Virus record (IMG/VR): IMGVR_UViG_3300044912_000678
Coordinates: 1-64,000 of that record
Source: a virus
Direction: 5' to 3' (one strand)
DNA length: 64,000 bases
Shown: positions 27,425 to 36,505 of the stretch, one piece after another
Layout of the letters: each line of letters starts with the position of its first letter
How positions within the stretch are numbered: position 1 is the first letter of the stretch
Made by a program: the position numbers and the translations under genes
Notes under the pieces: generated by a model
Told to the model about the DNA's origin: nothing
What the model saw: only the letters and a program-made list of their open reading frames with translations
Databases searched by the model: none

Positions 27425-28346
27425 ATGCAAATTACTTCCATTCGAAAGAATGGAAGTAATTTCTGTTCAAGAGGCGAAACAAAGATGCAATTGGGGAGTT
27501 ACCGCTTTCAATTTGCCAAAAATGTGGAAATCATCACAAGGCGAAGGCGTTAAAGTTGCCGTAATTGATACTGGTTGCGATTTGCAGCATCCAGATCTTA
27601 TAGATAATTTGCTTCCCGGCAAGAACATGATAAATGAAAAAAAAGATCCCATAGATGGTAACGGTCATGGAACCCATGTTGCTGGAATAATTTGTGCATC
27701 TAATAACGAATTTGGTGTTGTTGGTGTGGCTCCAAAATGCAAAGTAATTCCAATCAAAGTATTAGATGACAACGGAAATGGCGATCTCATCACTGTTGCC
27801 AATGGAATTAAATGGGCTATAGAACAAAATGTCGATTTTATAACTTTAAGCTTAGGTAGTCCAAGTCCTGTACAGCAGGTAAGAAAGGCAATTCAAGCAG
27901 CCGAGGAAAAAGGTATAGTTACCTTTTGTGCTGCTGGAAACGCTGGTAAAACGCATGAGATTTTCTATCCAGCAAATTATCCAGAAACAATTGGAATAGG
28001 CTCAATAGATCAAAATTTAGAACGATCTAAATTTAGTTGTACTGGTCAAGATTTAGATTTTTTAGCTCCGGGAAATAAAATATTAAGCACAGTTCCAGAA
28101 TCTTGGTATGCCATTTTATCTGGCACTAGTATGAGCAATCCTTTTGCTGTTGGAATTGCCTCATTGTTATTATCTTGGAATAGAAGTAATGGAAATAAAA
28201 TAAAATTAAATTGTTCTGAGGATTATAGAACGATTTTTAAAAAGCATACTTTTTCCGTGAAAGATAAAAATTTTGCGAAGAATAAGTTTTTTGAAGGGTT
28301 TGGAATTATTGATCCAAAAGATCTAGAGTCTTGGCTTTCCGAATAA
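27405..28346 (+). CDS. Subtilisin-like (S8) serine protease
   Basis: VIDTG, HGTHVAG, AAGN and SGTSM motifs; no signal peptide or long propeptide. Confidence 0.93.
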   Translation: MKKKNHKCKLLPFERMEVISVQEAKQRCNWGVTAFNLPKMWKSSQGEGVKVAVIDTGCDLQHPDLIDNLLPGKNMINEKKDPIDGNGHGTHVAGIICASNNEFGVVGVAPKCKVIPIKVLDDNGNGDLITVANGIKWAIEQNVDFITLSLGSPSPVQQVRKAIQAAEEKGIVTFCAAGNAGKTHEIFYPANYPETIGIGSIDQNLERSKFSCTGQDLDFLAPGNKILSTVPESWYAILSGTSMSNPFAVGIASLLLSWNRSNGNKIKLNCSEDYRTIFKKHTFSVKDKNFAKNKFFEGFGIIDPKDLESWLSE

Positions 28347-28737
28347 TTGCATCTTTGCATTTTTTAGCAAGTTCGTAGTTTTCAACTACAATTGCAGACA
28401 TCATAATTTTTTCAATTTTTTCAATTGTAATGTTATCAAAACATAATGGTCTTTTGCCACAATGAGTTAATGATTGTTGACATTTTCTTAATATTTTATC
28501 GATAAATAATTTGAACTGTACATAACAATTGCCACATCCCATTTTCCCATTGTTTTGCAAATCCATCAATAATAGACCACAATTTGAACAAGATATAAAA
28601 AAAATGTCTTTAATGTCAATGAATCCACTGCAATTTTGACATATATCGCAATCTTTTATATTATCGCCATCATTGATGTGATAATGAATATTTTTCATGT
28701 TAGAGCAAGGATTGTTTGATATTGGGCAATTATCCAT
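28306..28737 (-). CDS. mcsA: McsA-like protein (CxxC motifs + UVR domain)
   Basis: CSNCG...GCGNCY..F....HCGKRP...AIVVENYELAKKCKD.I. Confidence 0.72.
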   Translation of the reverse strand: MDNCPISNNPCSNMKNIHYHINDGDNIKDCDICQNCSGFIDIKDIFFISCSNCGLLLMDLQNNGKMGCGNCYVQFKLFIDKILRKCQQSLTHCGKRPLCFDNITIEKIEKIMMSAIVVENYELAKKCKDAIIRKAKTLDLLDQ

Positions 28738-29258
28738 TATTTCGAGTCCTTAATTTTTTTCATATAACTCGATATCTCTTCAGTTGTAAGTTCGCTTTTA
28801 TATTTTTCAAAAAAAACATCATTATATTTTTCTAATTCTGCGACAAATTTTTTCCTTGAAATTTCTAATTTATCTAAATATGCCAATACTTCTTTTTTTG
28901 TAGCAGGTCTAGATTCTGAAGATGTAATCAATTTATGATTTGGATTATCGAATCTTTTAATTTCTTCTTGCCAATATTCTTCTATTTTTAGAATTGAGCT
29001 TAATGTTCTATTTCCAACGACAAACATAAACATATCTTTTTGATATTCACTTAATTCATTCCATAATAATTCTTTTTCCGAATATTTGTTCTTTAAAATA
29101 ATTTCTGTCCATGTGTTTTTTTCAAAAACTCCTTTTGCCATTTTTGCCACATGATCAATTTTATTTTCATATTCAGCCACTGTTGGAGAATATTGTTTAT
29201 GTGTTTGAGAAAATGCAAATCCTACTATAAACAAAAAAAATATAAGTAATAATCTCAA
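28737..29258 (-). CDS. Secreted helical hypothetical protein
   Basis: Signal peptide LLLIFFLFIVGFAFS. Confidence 0.55.
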   Translation of the reverse strand: MRLLLIFFLFIVGFAFSQTHKQYSPTVAEYENKIDHVAKMAKGVFEKNTWTEIILKNKYSEKELLWNELSEYQKDMFMFVVGNRTLSSILKIEEYWQEEIKRFDNPNHKLITSSESRPATKKEVLAYLDKLEISRKKFVAELEKYNDVFFEKYKSELTTEEISSYMKKIKDSK

Positions 29259-30094
29259 ATTATCTCCCCTTTAATCCTTAAAGAGAATCCGTCATTTTCC
29301 ATTGAGTTTATACCAGCAACAACGGTTCTTTTTATCCAAACTGGTAAATATTCAGTTGGCTTAAGATTACCTATAAGTAAAGGAGATGATGACGATGTTT
29401 CGACAAAAGTAATATTATTTGGAGCATTAATTTCTGATGCTATTTCAGTGGCTGTTTTTAATTTTGGTCCTCCATCAAAAACTTTTTGTAAAGTGAATGT
29501 TGCATTTACATCTACAAATGATTGCGACAAATTAACAACTTCTAATGATTCAAAATATCTCTTTGAACTTGTGCCAATAAAATTCACAGAGAAATAAGCG
29601 GTAGTTCCAAGATAAGACCCACTTATTGTAACTTGTTCTAATCCAGAAATAGATCTAATTGAGGTTTGAAAATTACTAGCCCAAACATTAATGTTTAAAT
29701 CGTGTGCGAATGAAAATTGAATATTTGCGTCTGTAAAGAAATCATACAATTGCAATGTTACAGTTCCAGATGATACATTGCCAGCATTTGTAATATAAAT
29801 GTCTTGTCTCTCATTATTTACTTCAATTCCAATTGTAATTGATGCACCACCAGAAACTTGACTATCCACATAAATTGCAGCATTGAGCAATGTATCTGTA
29901 ATATTAATATTGTTGAAATACACACATCGATAGTCTGTATGTCCAGCAGAATTTTGTACTGCAGAAACATTATCAAATATTCTATTAGATGATAAAACAT
30001 AATTGGAGATCGCCCCTCCAATGCTAGAGTCCGGATCATTATTTGATCCACCACCAGAATAAAACAATTTTATATCATCATTTTGCAGAGTCAT
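29255..30094 (-). CDS. Putative virion structural protein
   Basis: SIGGAIS..FDNVS....AG..DYRC.Y..N...L.IG.L......VW.KRTV pattern seen in tail-associated proteins. Confidence 0.55.
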   Translation of the reverse strand: MTLQNDDIKLFYSGGGSNNDPDSSIGGAISNYVLSSNRIFDNVSAVQNSAGHTDYRCVYFNNINITDTLLNAAIYVDSQVSGGASITIGIEVNNERQDIYITNAGNVSSGTVTLQLYDFFTDANIQFSFAHDLNINVWASNFQTSIRSISGLEQVTISGSYLGTTAYFSVNFIGTSSKRYFESLEVVNLSQSFVDVNATFTLQKVFDGGPKLKTATEIASEINAPNNITFVETSSSSPLLIGNLKPTEYLPVWIKRTVVAGINSMENDGFSLRIKGEII

Positions 30095-30389
30095 GTTCCC
30101 TCAAAGGATTTTTCAATATGTACCTTACATTCCTTGCTGAATATCCTGTAAAATTTGCGATTTCTTTAATTCCCCATCCCAAACCATGCAAGTGCTGAAC
30201 CTTTTCTTTGTGTAGGTTCTTTCTATTGGGATTTATTTGGCTTACATGAAGTATCCGATAAACCTCTCTTTCTGATAAACCAAACATATTTCCAATTTTA
30301 GATACAGAAAGATCGGGTCTAGCCAAGTAAATATTTATTACTTGGCTTTCGTTTTGATTGTTTTCAAAAAATTCAATAAAGCCTTGCAT
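30078..30389 (-). CDS. Double-HTH DNA-binding protein with CTS-like start
   Basis: SVSKIGNMFGLSEREVYRIL and GIKEIANFTGYSARNVRYIL; N-terminus MQGFIEFFE. Confidence 0.7.
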   Translation of the reverse strand: MQGFIEFFENNQNESQVINIYLARPDLSVSKIGNMFGLSEREVYRILHVSQINPNRKNLHKEKVQHLHGLGWGIKEIANFTGYSARNVRYILKNPLREHDSAK

Positions 30390-30399
30390 AAATTATATA

Positions 30400-30429
30400 T
30401 TGAATAACCTTTTCGAAAAAACTTATAAT
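30400..30429 (+). promoter_or_regulatory. Sigma70-type promoter
   Basis: TTGAAT-18 nt-TATAAT upstream of the GGAG/GTG start at 30447. Confidence 0.55.
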
Positions 30430-30446
30430 TAATCATTGGAGTCATT

Positions 30447-31193
30447 GTGTTTAAAAGATCTATTAGTATTAAGTGGTATGATGACGATAAAAGGAACAAT
30501 AATATTTTACAAATATATAAAAAGGGTCTCGAATTTTCCTTTGTATCTGAAAATAACGAGCAATGTCATCCTTTTGTGTTTTGTAAGGATTTCTTGCAAA
30601 TAGTTATATTTGCAAATATTTACAATAGAATCATAAGCATATTCAATTTTCATTATAATCCAAGAAAAAATCCAATTTGTTTAGAAGAAATTCGTATCTT
30701 ATTGAAAAACAAATCAGATAAAGAATTTATAGACAAAATCAACAATTCAATTAATTTTATCAATCAATTTGAAAAAAAATTAAAAATAAAAAAAACTAAG
30801 TTCAAAATATGTGAAGATAATACCGCACTTTTAATTGCAAGCAAAAGATGGCTTAAATCTCCTCCTCTAATATCAATGTATATGTTGCTAATTCGCATAG
30901 GAATGGTCCACAAAATAGACAAAAAAACTGATTTCACAATAAATGGGATTTTAGAAAGCAAAATAAAACCGTATCAAGTAAAAGATTGCTCATTATTGAA
31001 AAATTCTATGTATGGAATAAAAAAAATAATGAGTATTGGTGATCGAAAATGCTTTTGCCAAGATATCCGTAAAAATTATCCAGATATAAATCTTATTACA
31101 ATTCATAGAGATGGAATACTATCTTATAGCACAGACCTATTTCAATCAGATAATCAGAATTTGCAAACAATTACTCGATGGCAATCACTATAG
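30447..31193 (+). CDS. Hypothetical protein co-transcribed with the COOH-NH2 ligase
   Basis: 248-aa ORF; CKDFLQ and W..SP..ISMY.LLIR motifs. Confidence 0.55.
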   Translation: MFKRSISIKWYDDDKRNNNILQIYKKGLEFSFVSENNEQCHPFVFCKDFLQIVIFANIYNRIISIFNFHYNPRKNPICLEEIRILLKNKSDKEFIDKINNSINFINQFEKKLKIKKTKFKICEDNTALLIASKRWLKSPPLISMYMLLIRIGMVHKIDKKTDFTINGILESKIKPYQVKDCSLLKNSMYGIKKIMSIGDRKCFCQDIRKNYPDINLITIHRDGILSYSTDLFQSDNQNLQTITRWQSL

Positions 31194-31202
31194 GAGGCAA
31201 TT

Positions 31203-32123
31203 ATGTTTTCATTTGGCTCTGATCCAGAAGTATTTATTTCCAGCAATGGCAAAATAATAAATGCCATTAATGTACTTCCAAACAAAGAAAACAAAATTAG
31301 CCGAGGTTACACATCCATCTATTATGATAATGTTTTGGCGGAAATGCAAATTACTCCTGCATATTCAGCATCTGAAGCTATTCATAATATTCGCACGGCA
31401 TTTCAGATGTTGCAAGAAAATATAAAAGATCATGAAATAAAAATCGAATCTGCTCATTGGCTTGATAATCAAGATCTTCTTGATAAGGAATCTAGAATTG
31501 TTGGGTGTAATTCTGAATTTTGTGCATATACACTTGAACAAATTCAGCCACCAGAAGATGTGATTAAAAGCACTGGATTTCGTACTGCTGGTGGTCATAT
31601 TCATTTGGGAAATAGTGATCTATTTCAAGATAGCAAAGGAATATTGAACACAGTTCGAATGTTAGATTTATTTGTCGCAATACCATCAGTGTTGCTTGAT
31701 CAAGATATAACGCAAAAATACAGAAGAAAAATCTATGGTCATGCTGGAAGTCATAGAATTCCAGATCATGGTTTAGAATATCGTTGTCTTGGTAATTTTT
31801 GGTTAAAAAGCCCAAGACTTGTAGAGTTAATTTATGACTTGACTGCGTATACAATTAATTTTGTGGAAAAAGAGAAAAACAAACTTTTTTGGATTACAGA
31901 CGAAGAGTTTGATGAAAATGTTGATCAGACAACCTTTTGTTTTGGTTATGATGCCAACCTACTTCAAACTTGTATAAATACATGCGACAGAAGAAAAGCC
32001 GAAAAGTTTATGCATATTGTAAACTGTCATCTACCAAAAGACTTGGCTTATAAAATAGAAGATTTCTCTGAAACTAACTTTGATTTTTATCATGAATGGG
32101 GAATAGATTGTTTGGATTCATAA
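31203..32123 (+). CDS. phiEco32-like COOH-NH2 ligase type 2
   Basis: GSDPE, DNVLAE, GC..EF, RTAGGHIH, RRKIYG.AG..R and GLEYR motifs. Confidence 0.85.
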   Translation: MFSFGSDPEVFISSNGKIINAINVLPNKENKISRGYTSIYYDNVLAEMQITPAYSASEAIHNIRTAFQMLQENIKDHEIKIESAHWLDNQDLLDKESRIVGCNSEFCAYTLEQIQPPEDVIKSTGFRTAGGHIHLGNSDLFQDSKGILNTVRMLDLFVAIPSVLLDQDITQKYRRKIYGHAGSHRIPDHGLEYRCLGNFWLKSPRLVELIYDLTAYTINFVEKEKNKLFWITDEEFDENVDQTTFCFGYDANLLQTCINTCDRRKAEKFMHIVNCHLPKDLAYKIEDFSETNFDFYHEWGIDCLDS

Positions 32124-32713
32124 AAAAAAACTCAAACAAAAAGATAGAAAAAAATATATTTCTTTTGGTTGGAAGAAACCAAGAGCCAGAAGCCCTATTA
32201 TCTTTGTATGAAAATAATTCGGAGATAATGAAGAATTGTAAAATTAATATTATAACACCAGAAGTTGAATGGTATCCAAAACCTTCTGGAATTACAAATC
32301 AAAACAAATCAATCAAAGGCTTGGTGAAAACATCATTGAGTTTGCGTCATGTTATAAATGACATCATGAATCTTGAAAAAATAGATCCAGAGAACACAGT
32401 CATTGGCGGTTATTCTGCTGGTGCTGTTGTAGCCTTTCAAATTTGGATGACAAGCAAAATCAAAACATGCATAAGCCATAGCGGGTGCATATTAAATGTT
32501 GATAATATTATTTTAAATGAAACTCAAAAAAAATGTTTATTGATTCATAATCGTGATGACGAAATTTTCACTTGGGAAGAAAGATACTTGCCCACAAGAA
32601 ATTCACTAGTAGCGTTAAATTACGATGTTACAGCCATTGAAGGAACATATGGTGGTCATAGCATTTCGGACAAACACATAAGATATGTAAGTAATTATCT
32701 TGATTTGTTTTGA
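32096..32713 (+). CDS. Alpha/beta hydrolase (phospholipase/carboxylesterase-like)
   Basis: GYSAG nucleophile elbow, HNRDD and GGH. Confidence 0.75.
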   Translation: MGNRLFGFIKKNSNKKIEKNIFLLVGRNQEPEALLSLYENNSEIMKNCKINIITPEVEWYPKPSGITNQNKSIKGLVKTSLSLRHVINDIMNLEKIDPENTVIGGYSAGAVVAFQIWMTSKIKTCISHSGCILNVDNIILNETQKKCLLIHNRDDEIFTWEERYLPTRNSLVALNYDVTAIEGTYGGHSISDKHIRYVSNYLDLF

Positions 32714-33417
32714 TTTCTTATATTCCTGCAGTTTGAATTTATATTTATTTCTCTGCACTTTCTACAAGACCAAACTTTATCCATAGATAAAAATGCTTGG
32801 ACTTCAAGCTTTAATCTTTTTTTGTGAATAATGAAATGATTTTTACAATTATGACAAAGACTTTTTTTGAAATTTTCTCGTAAGGTTTTTACCTTTGGTG
32901 TTTTTCTTGTTTTAACTTCGCTTTTTCTTTGATTTTTTCTATTCTCCCAATAAAACTTTAACAATTCCTCTGGCATTGGTGGTATTGGAAATGTGCTTTC
33001 TTTCAAAAATCTGTAGCGACTACCATTGACATGTATAGAAGGAGGAAATACTGATTGAACATTATTGCCCCTAAATTCAATACCACGAAATTTTGTTGCA
33101 GTTAATGTCACATCTGGATTTAAAAATATGTGATGAATAGATCTGCTGCTTTCAAAACAAGGATGTTTGTAATTTCCTATTAAAGAATAAAGTAATTCAT
33201 TTGATTCTTCTGTATCTGCTTCTACATCAATAATATCGCCAAGTAAAATTCCAATATTAAGATTATCATGTTCCTGCAATAACATTTTCCATTTGTTTTG
33301 ATCGTATTTAGAATTCCACTTAGATAATAGTGGCTTTTTAGATGTCGGATGAAGTAATATTGGCTTAAGCCCAATGCTTAAGTATTTTTCAAAATATGTT
33401 TTTATTTCATTGGACAT
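32695..33417 (-). CDS. Bifunctional primase/polymerase (prim-pol) domain + C-terminal Zn ribbon
   Basis: KKPL..W, NIGI, DVEAD, H, IEFRG and VFPPSIH..G..Y; then CHNC...CRKC. Confidence 0.8.
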   Translation of the reverse strand: MSNEIKTYFEKYLSIGLKPILLHPTSKKPLLSKWNSKYDQNKWKMLLQEHDNLNIGILLGDIIDVEADTEESNELLYSLIGNYKHPCFESSRSIHHIFLNPDVTLTATKFRGIEFRGNNVQSVFPPSIHVNGSRYRFLKESTFPIPPMPEELLKFYWENRKNQRKSEVKTRKTPKVKTLRENFKKSLCHNCKNHFIIHKKRLKLEVQAFLSMDKVWSCRKCREININSNCRNIRNQNKSR

Positions 33418-33471
33418 AATTGACAAAAAACCTCAAAATGATCCTATCTTAATGATAAAGGAGATTTAAAC

Positions 33472-34371
33472 ATGGCAAGAATATTAGTTACTGGTGCTTC
33501 TGGATTCATTGGCTCCGCATTAGCAAATAAACTTCATGATCTTGGTCATGAGATCATTGTATCTGGAAGTAGGAGTGAAAGGAAGTGCAAGCATGATTAC
33601 TTTTTACCTCCGAACTGTTCCGGACTAAGTAAATTAAAAAATTTAGATTATTGCTTTCATCAAGCAGCACACAATGATACTACGGACACCGATGAAGAGT
33701 ATATGTACTCTATAAACTGCGATTTCTCTTTAGAAGTTTTTAATCAAGTTGCTGATATGGGTTGCAAAAAAATTATTTACGCAAGTAGTGCATCTGTCTA
33801 TGGTTTGTTGCCTCCTCCACATCGAGAAGATGGCGAAACATGCCCCGCCAATATTTATTCGCAATCGAAAAATAGACTAGAAAATATCGCAAATAAATTT
33901 TCAGAAGATAAAAAAATACCAGTCATTGGTTTGAGATATTTTAATGTTTATGGGATTGGAGAACAGCACAAAAAAAACCGAGCAAGCATGATTTATAAAT
34001 TGTGCAAACAAGCAATACAAAATGGAAAAGTCAGTGTATTTAAATCTGGCGAGCAAACAAGAGATTGGGTTGCAGTTGAGGATATTGTTGATTTAAATAT
34101 TTCCTGTTTAGAATATAACAAATCTGATGTTTTCAATGCTGGTACAGGTGTTGGAACTTCTATAAATGATATCATATCCACTATTAAGGAAAATTTAGGG
34201 AAGCCACTTGAAGTGGAATACCTAGATAATCCATTTACTTTATTCTTTCAAAATCACACTAAAGCTCATATCAGAAAATCTCAAGAACTATTAAATTATA
34301 ATCCAAAAGTCGATATTAAAACTGGTGTAAAGAATTTACTTGAAAAAATGAAAAAAGCCTCAAGTCTTTAG
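33472..34371 (+). CDS. hldD: ADP-L-glycero-D-manno-heptose 6-epimerase-like SDR
   Basis: TGASGFIG, FHQAA..DTT, YASSASVYG, YSQSK, GLRYFNVYG..EQHK..RASM and GEQ.RD. Confidence 0.75.
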   Translation: MARILVTGASGFIGSALANKLHDLGHEIIVSGSRSERKCKHDYFLPPNCSGLSKLKNLDYCFHQAAHNDTTDTDEEYMYSINCDFSLEVFNQVADMGCKKIIYASSASVYGLLPPPHREDGETCPANIYSQSKNRLENIANKFSEDKKIPVIGLRYFNVYGIGEQHKKNRASMIYKLCKQAIQNGKVSVFKSGEQTRDWVAVEDIVDLNISCLEYNKSDVFNAGTGVGTSINDIISTIKENLGKPLEVEYLDNPFTLFFQNHTKAHIRKSQELLNYNPKVDIKTGVKNLLEKMKKASSL

Positions 34372-34383
34372 ACATGAGGCTTT
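34354..34383. terminator. Probable bidirectional terminator
   Basis: aaagcctca/tgaggcttt stem between convergent genes. Confidence 0.55.
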
Positions 34384-34403
34384 AATTTTATATTGAAAAA
34401 ATG

Positions 34404-35249
34404 TTAGCTAATACCATCATAGAATTTTCGAGTTGGATTTGCACCAAAAACTCCTTCCATCCAAGAAGATTCATTTTTAATCTTCTTCATTTTCTTTTTT
34501 GCAACTGCAATTGCAAGTTTTTCTGGTAATCCTTTTTTCACAAGTTTGCTGATTATAGCTGCTTCTGAATCTTCGCTTGCTTCAACATCTGAGTCAGTAT
34601 CTGAATCAACATCTTTTTTTGGCACACTTTTCTTAGATTTCTTTTTGTGCGTTGATTTCTTAGATTCATTATAAGAAGATTCTTTCATGCACTTCATACA
34701 CTTCATGTGTTTCATATGCTTTTTATGCTTTTTAGATTCTTCAAATTCATCTCCATCACTTTCATCATGATCTTCATCACCTTCATGATCCTCATCACCT
34801 TCATGATCCTCATCACCTTCATGATCTTCATCACCTTCATGATCTTCATCACCTTCATGATCTTCATCACCTTCATGATCTTCATCACCTTTATCTTCAT
34901 GATCCTCATGATCCTCATCACCTTTATCTTCATGATCCTCATGATCCTCATGATCCATATCTTCATGATCCATATCTTCTTTTTTCATATTTTTGGAATA
35001 TTTTCCACAATATTTACACTTGCTCATCTTTGGCTCATCTTTTTCTGATGCTGCTGGTACTGTTTCTCCATCACCACTTTCATCTTCGATAACTTCTTTT
35101 TTTGCTTTAGCTTCACTATGAACTGGATCAAAAAGACTAGAAGGACTAACTAATCCCAAATTTTGGTGATTTGAAAGACCTAAAGTTTGATTAAAAAAGC
35201 TTTCGTTTAAAGATTTCCAATTTTTATAAGACAACATATTATTCTCCAA
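34404..35249 (-). CDS. His/Asp/Glu-repeat protein with CTS-like start
   Basis: MLSYKNWKSLNE; (DHEGDE)n block flanked by basic segments. Confidence 0.65.
   Translation of the reverse strand: MENNMLSYKNWKSLNESFFNQTLGLSNHQNLGLVSPSSLFDPVHSEAKAKKEVIEDESGDGETVPAASEKDEPKMSKCKYCGKYSKNMKKEDMDHEDMDHEDHEDHEDKGDEDHEDHEDKGDEDHEGDEDHEGDEDHEGDEDHEGDEDHEGDEDHEGDEDHDESDGDEFEESKKHKKHMKHMKCMKCMKESSYNESKKSTHKKKSKKSVPKKDVDSDTDSDVEASEDSEAAIISKLVKKGLPEKLAIAVAKKKMKKIKNESSWMEGVFGANPTRKFYDGIS
34762..34980 (-). repeat. 18-bp tandem repeat array encoding DHEGDE/DHED
   Basis: tcatgatc(t/c)tcatcacct occurs about 7 times, plus degenerate units. Confidence 0.92.
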
Positions 35250-35266
35250 TTCTTTACATAACTAGG

Positions 35267-36028
35267 ATGATGAAAAAATTCTACTTAGCATTGTTATTTA
35301 TCTTATTTTTTTTGTTTTTTTACAACAAAAGACAAACAGATGTCGTTTTTTTTAAAAAAAATGGCAATTCGCAAAATAAAACAGAATATAAATCTATAAA
35401 ATCATTAGCTTCATATAATCTATCCATACATCTAATACAAAAATTTCCAATAACTTTGAGTGGCAATCTTTTCTATGATGATAAAAAGTTTAGATTGTCT
35501 GCATCAAGTTTTTTTGGAAAAGAACTTGATATTGGCATAAATGATAATTTTTTATGGTATTGGTCAAAAAGATCTAAACCAAAAGCGATTTATTATTCTG
35601 ATGTCAAAAACTTGAGTAAGACTGGATTAAAATCAGCATTAAATCCAGAATGGATAATACTTAGCCTTAATATTAACAACAATGTTGAAAATTCAAAAGA
35701 GATTATAAAACTTCCACAAGGAAATTTACATCTTAAAGATCATAATAATGCTTTGGCGAATGGCATGACTGTTGGAACTTTGATTGACAACGATACCGTT
35801 AAAGGTAATTATTTATTTTCCAATAATGGCAAAATGATCGCCAGCAGTGAGATCATCGAAAATCAAACTATTGCTGGCGTTTTACTTCCAAAGAAATTGC
35901 ATATCATTTGGTATGATGAAAACATTATTATGGATTGGCATATATCTGATGTTCGATTAAATCAGAATATCCATAATAATGTGTGGGTAATGCCAAACAT
36001 TTATCCAAAAATAGACATTGGAAAATAA
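35267..36028 (+). CDS. Membrane-anchored LolA/DUF4292-like beta protein (tentative)
   Basis: N-terminal TM; KFRL.A...FGKELDIG.ND..LWYW and LP.KL.I.W patterns. Confidence 0.5.
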   Translation: MMKKFYLALLFILFFLFFYNKRQTDVVFFKKNGNSQNKTEYKSIKSLASYNLSIHLIQKFPITLSGNLFYDDKKFRLSASSFFGKELDIGINDNFLWYWSKRSKPKAIYYSDVKNLSKTGLKSALNPEWIILSLNINNNVENSKEIIKLPQGNLHLKDHNNALANGMTVGTLIDNDTVKGNYLFSNNGKMIASSEIIENQTIAGVLLPKKLHIIWYDENIIMDWHISDVRLNQNIHNNVWVMPNIYPKIDIGK

Positions 36029-36029
36029 T

Positions 36030-36281
36030 TTACTTTCCAAATGCTTTCCGTATGGCATCTCTTCTTACTTGTTGTATTTTTCTTTTTTCGTTGTATGCTC
36101 CAGAAGCACTGCGAGGTGCAGGTGGAGTTTGCGAAGTCGTTTGTGCCATTGTCTGCATGTTTTTAGGGGGCATGACAATATTTTTTGTTGAATTTGCAAC
36201 AGGCTTCAATGCAGCCTGTTGTCTTGGACCCGAACTAGATCTATTTGCTCCAAAGCTATTTTTTCTGCATCCGCAAGCCAT
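36030..36281 (-). CDS. Small basic protein starting MACGC
   Basis: GAGG RBS; MACGCRK. Confidence 0.6.
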   Translation of the reverse strand: MACGCRKNSFGANRSSSGPRQQAALKPVANSTKNIVMPPKNMQTMAQTTSQTPPAPRSASGAYNEKRKIQQVRRDAIRKAFGK

Positions 36282-36290
36282 AAATCACCT

Positions 36291-36482
36291 CTATAGATAT
36301 TTGATTTTTTTCATTTTATCGTGCAGATCCTGCAATTTTCGCTCCTTACTAACTGTTGGGCGTTTATTCTTGCAGCCACATCCCTTTTTAACTCCTTGTT
36401 TTGCCACTTTCAAATCTTCTTGCAAAGGTTGTTGTGGAATTGCCTCCTGCAATTTATTTTGATCTGGGTTCTCTTTTAACAT
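36291..36482 (-). CDS. Small basic protein with GCGC motif
   Basis: KKGCGCKNK; ATAAATA upstream on the - strand. Confidence 0.55.
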   Translation of the reverse strand: MLKENPDQNKLQEAIPQQPLQEDLKVAKQGVKKGCGCKNKRPTVSKERKLQDLHDKMKKIKYL

Positions 36483-36505
36483 AATATATTTATGGAGAAT
36501 AAAAA

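Noticed and set aside
33420-33450. TTGACA...TATCTT promoter before the hldD-like gene
   Set aside because: The spacer is 19 nt, outside the usual range. It is plausible but not called.
34707-35048. Hydrophobic (MIFITF)n and (MKVMKI)n ORFs
   Set aside because: These are shadow frames of the 18-bp repeat in the 34404..35249 gene.
35983-36462. 159-aa plus-strand ORF
   Set aside because: It is antisense to two small minus-strand genes, one with an RBS and one with a late-type promoter element.
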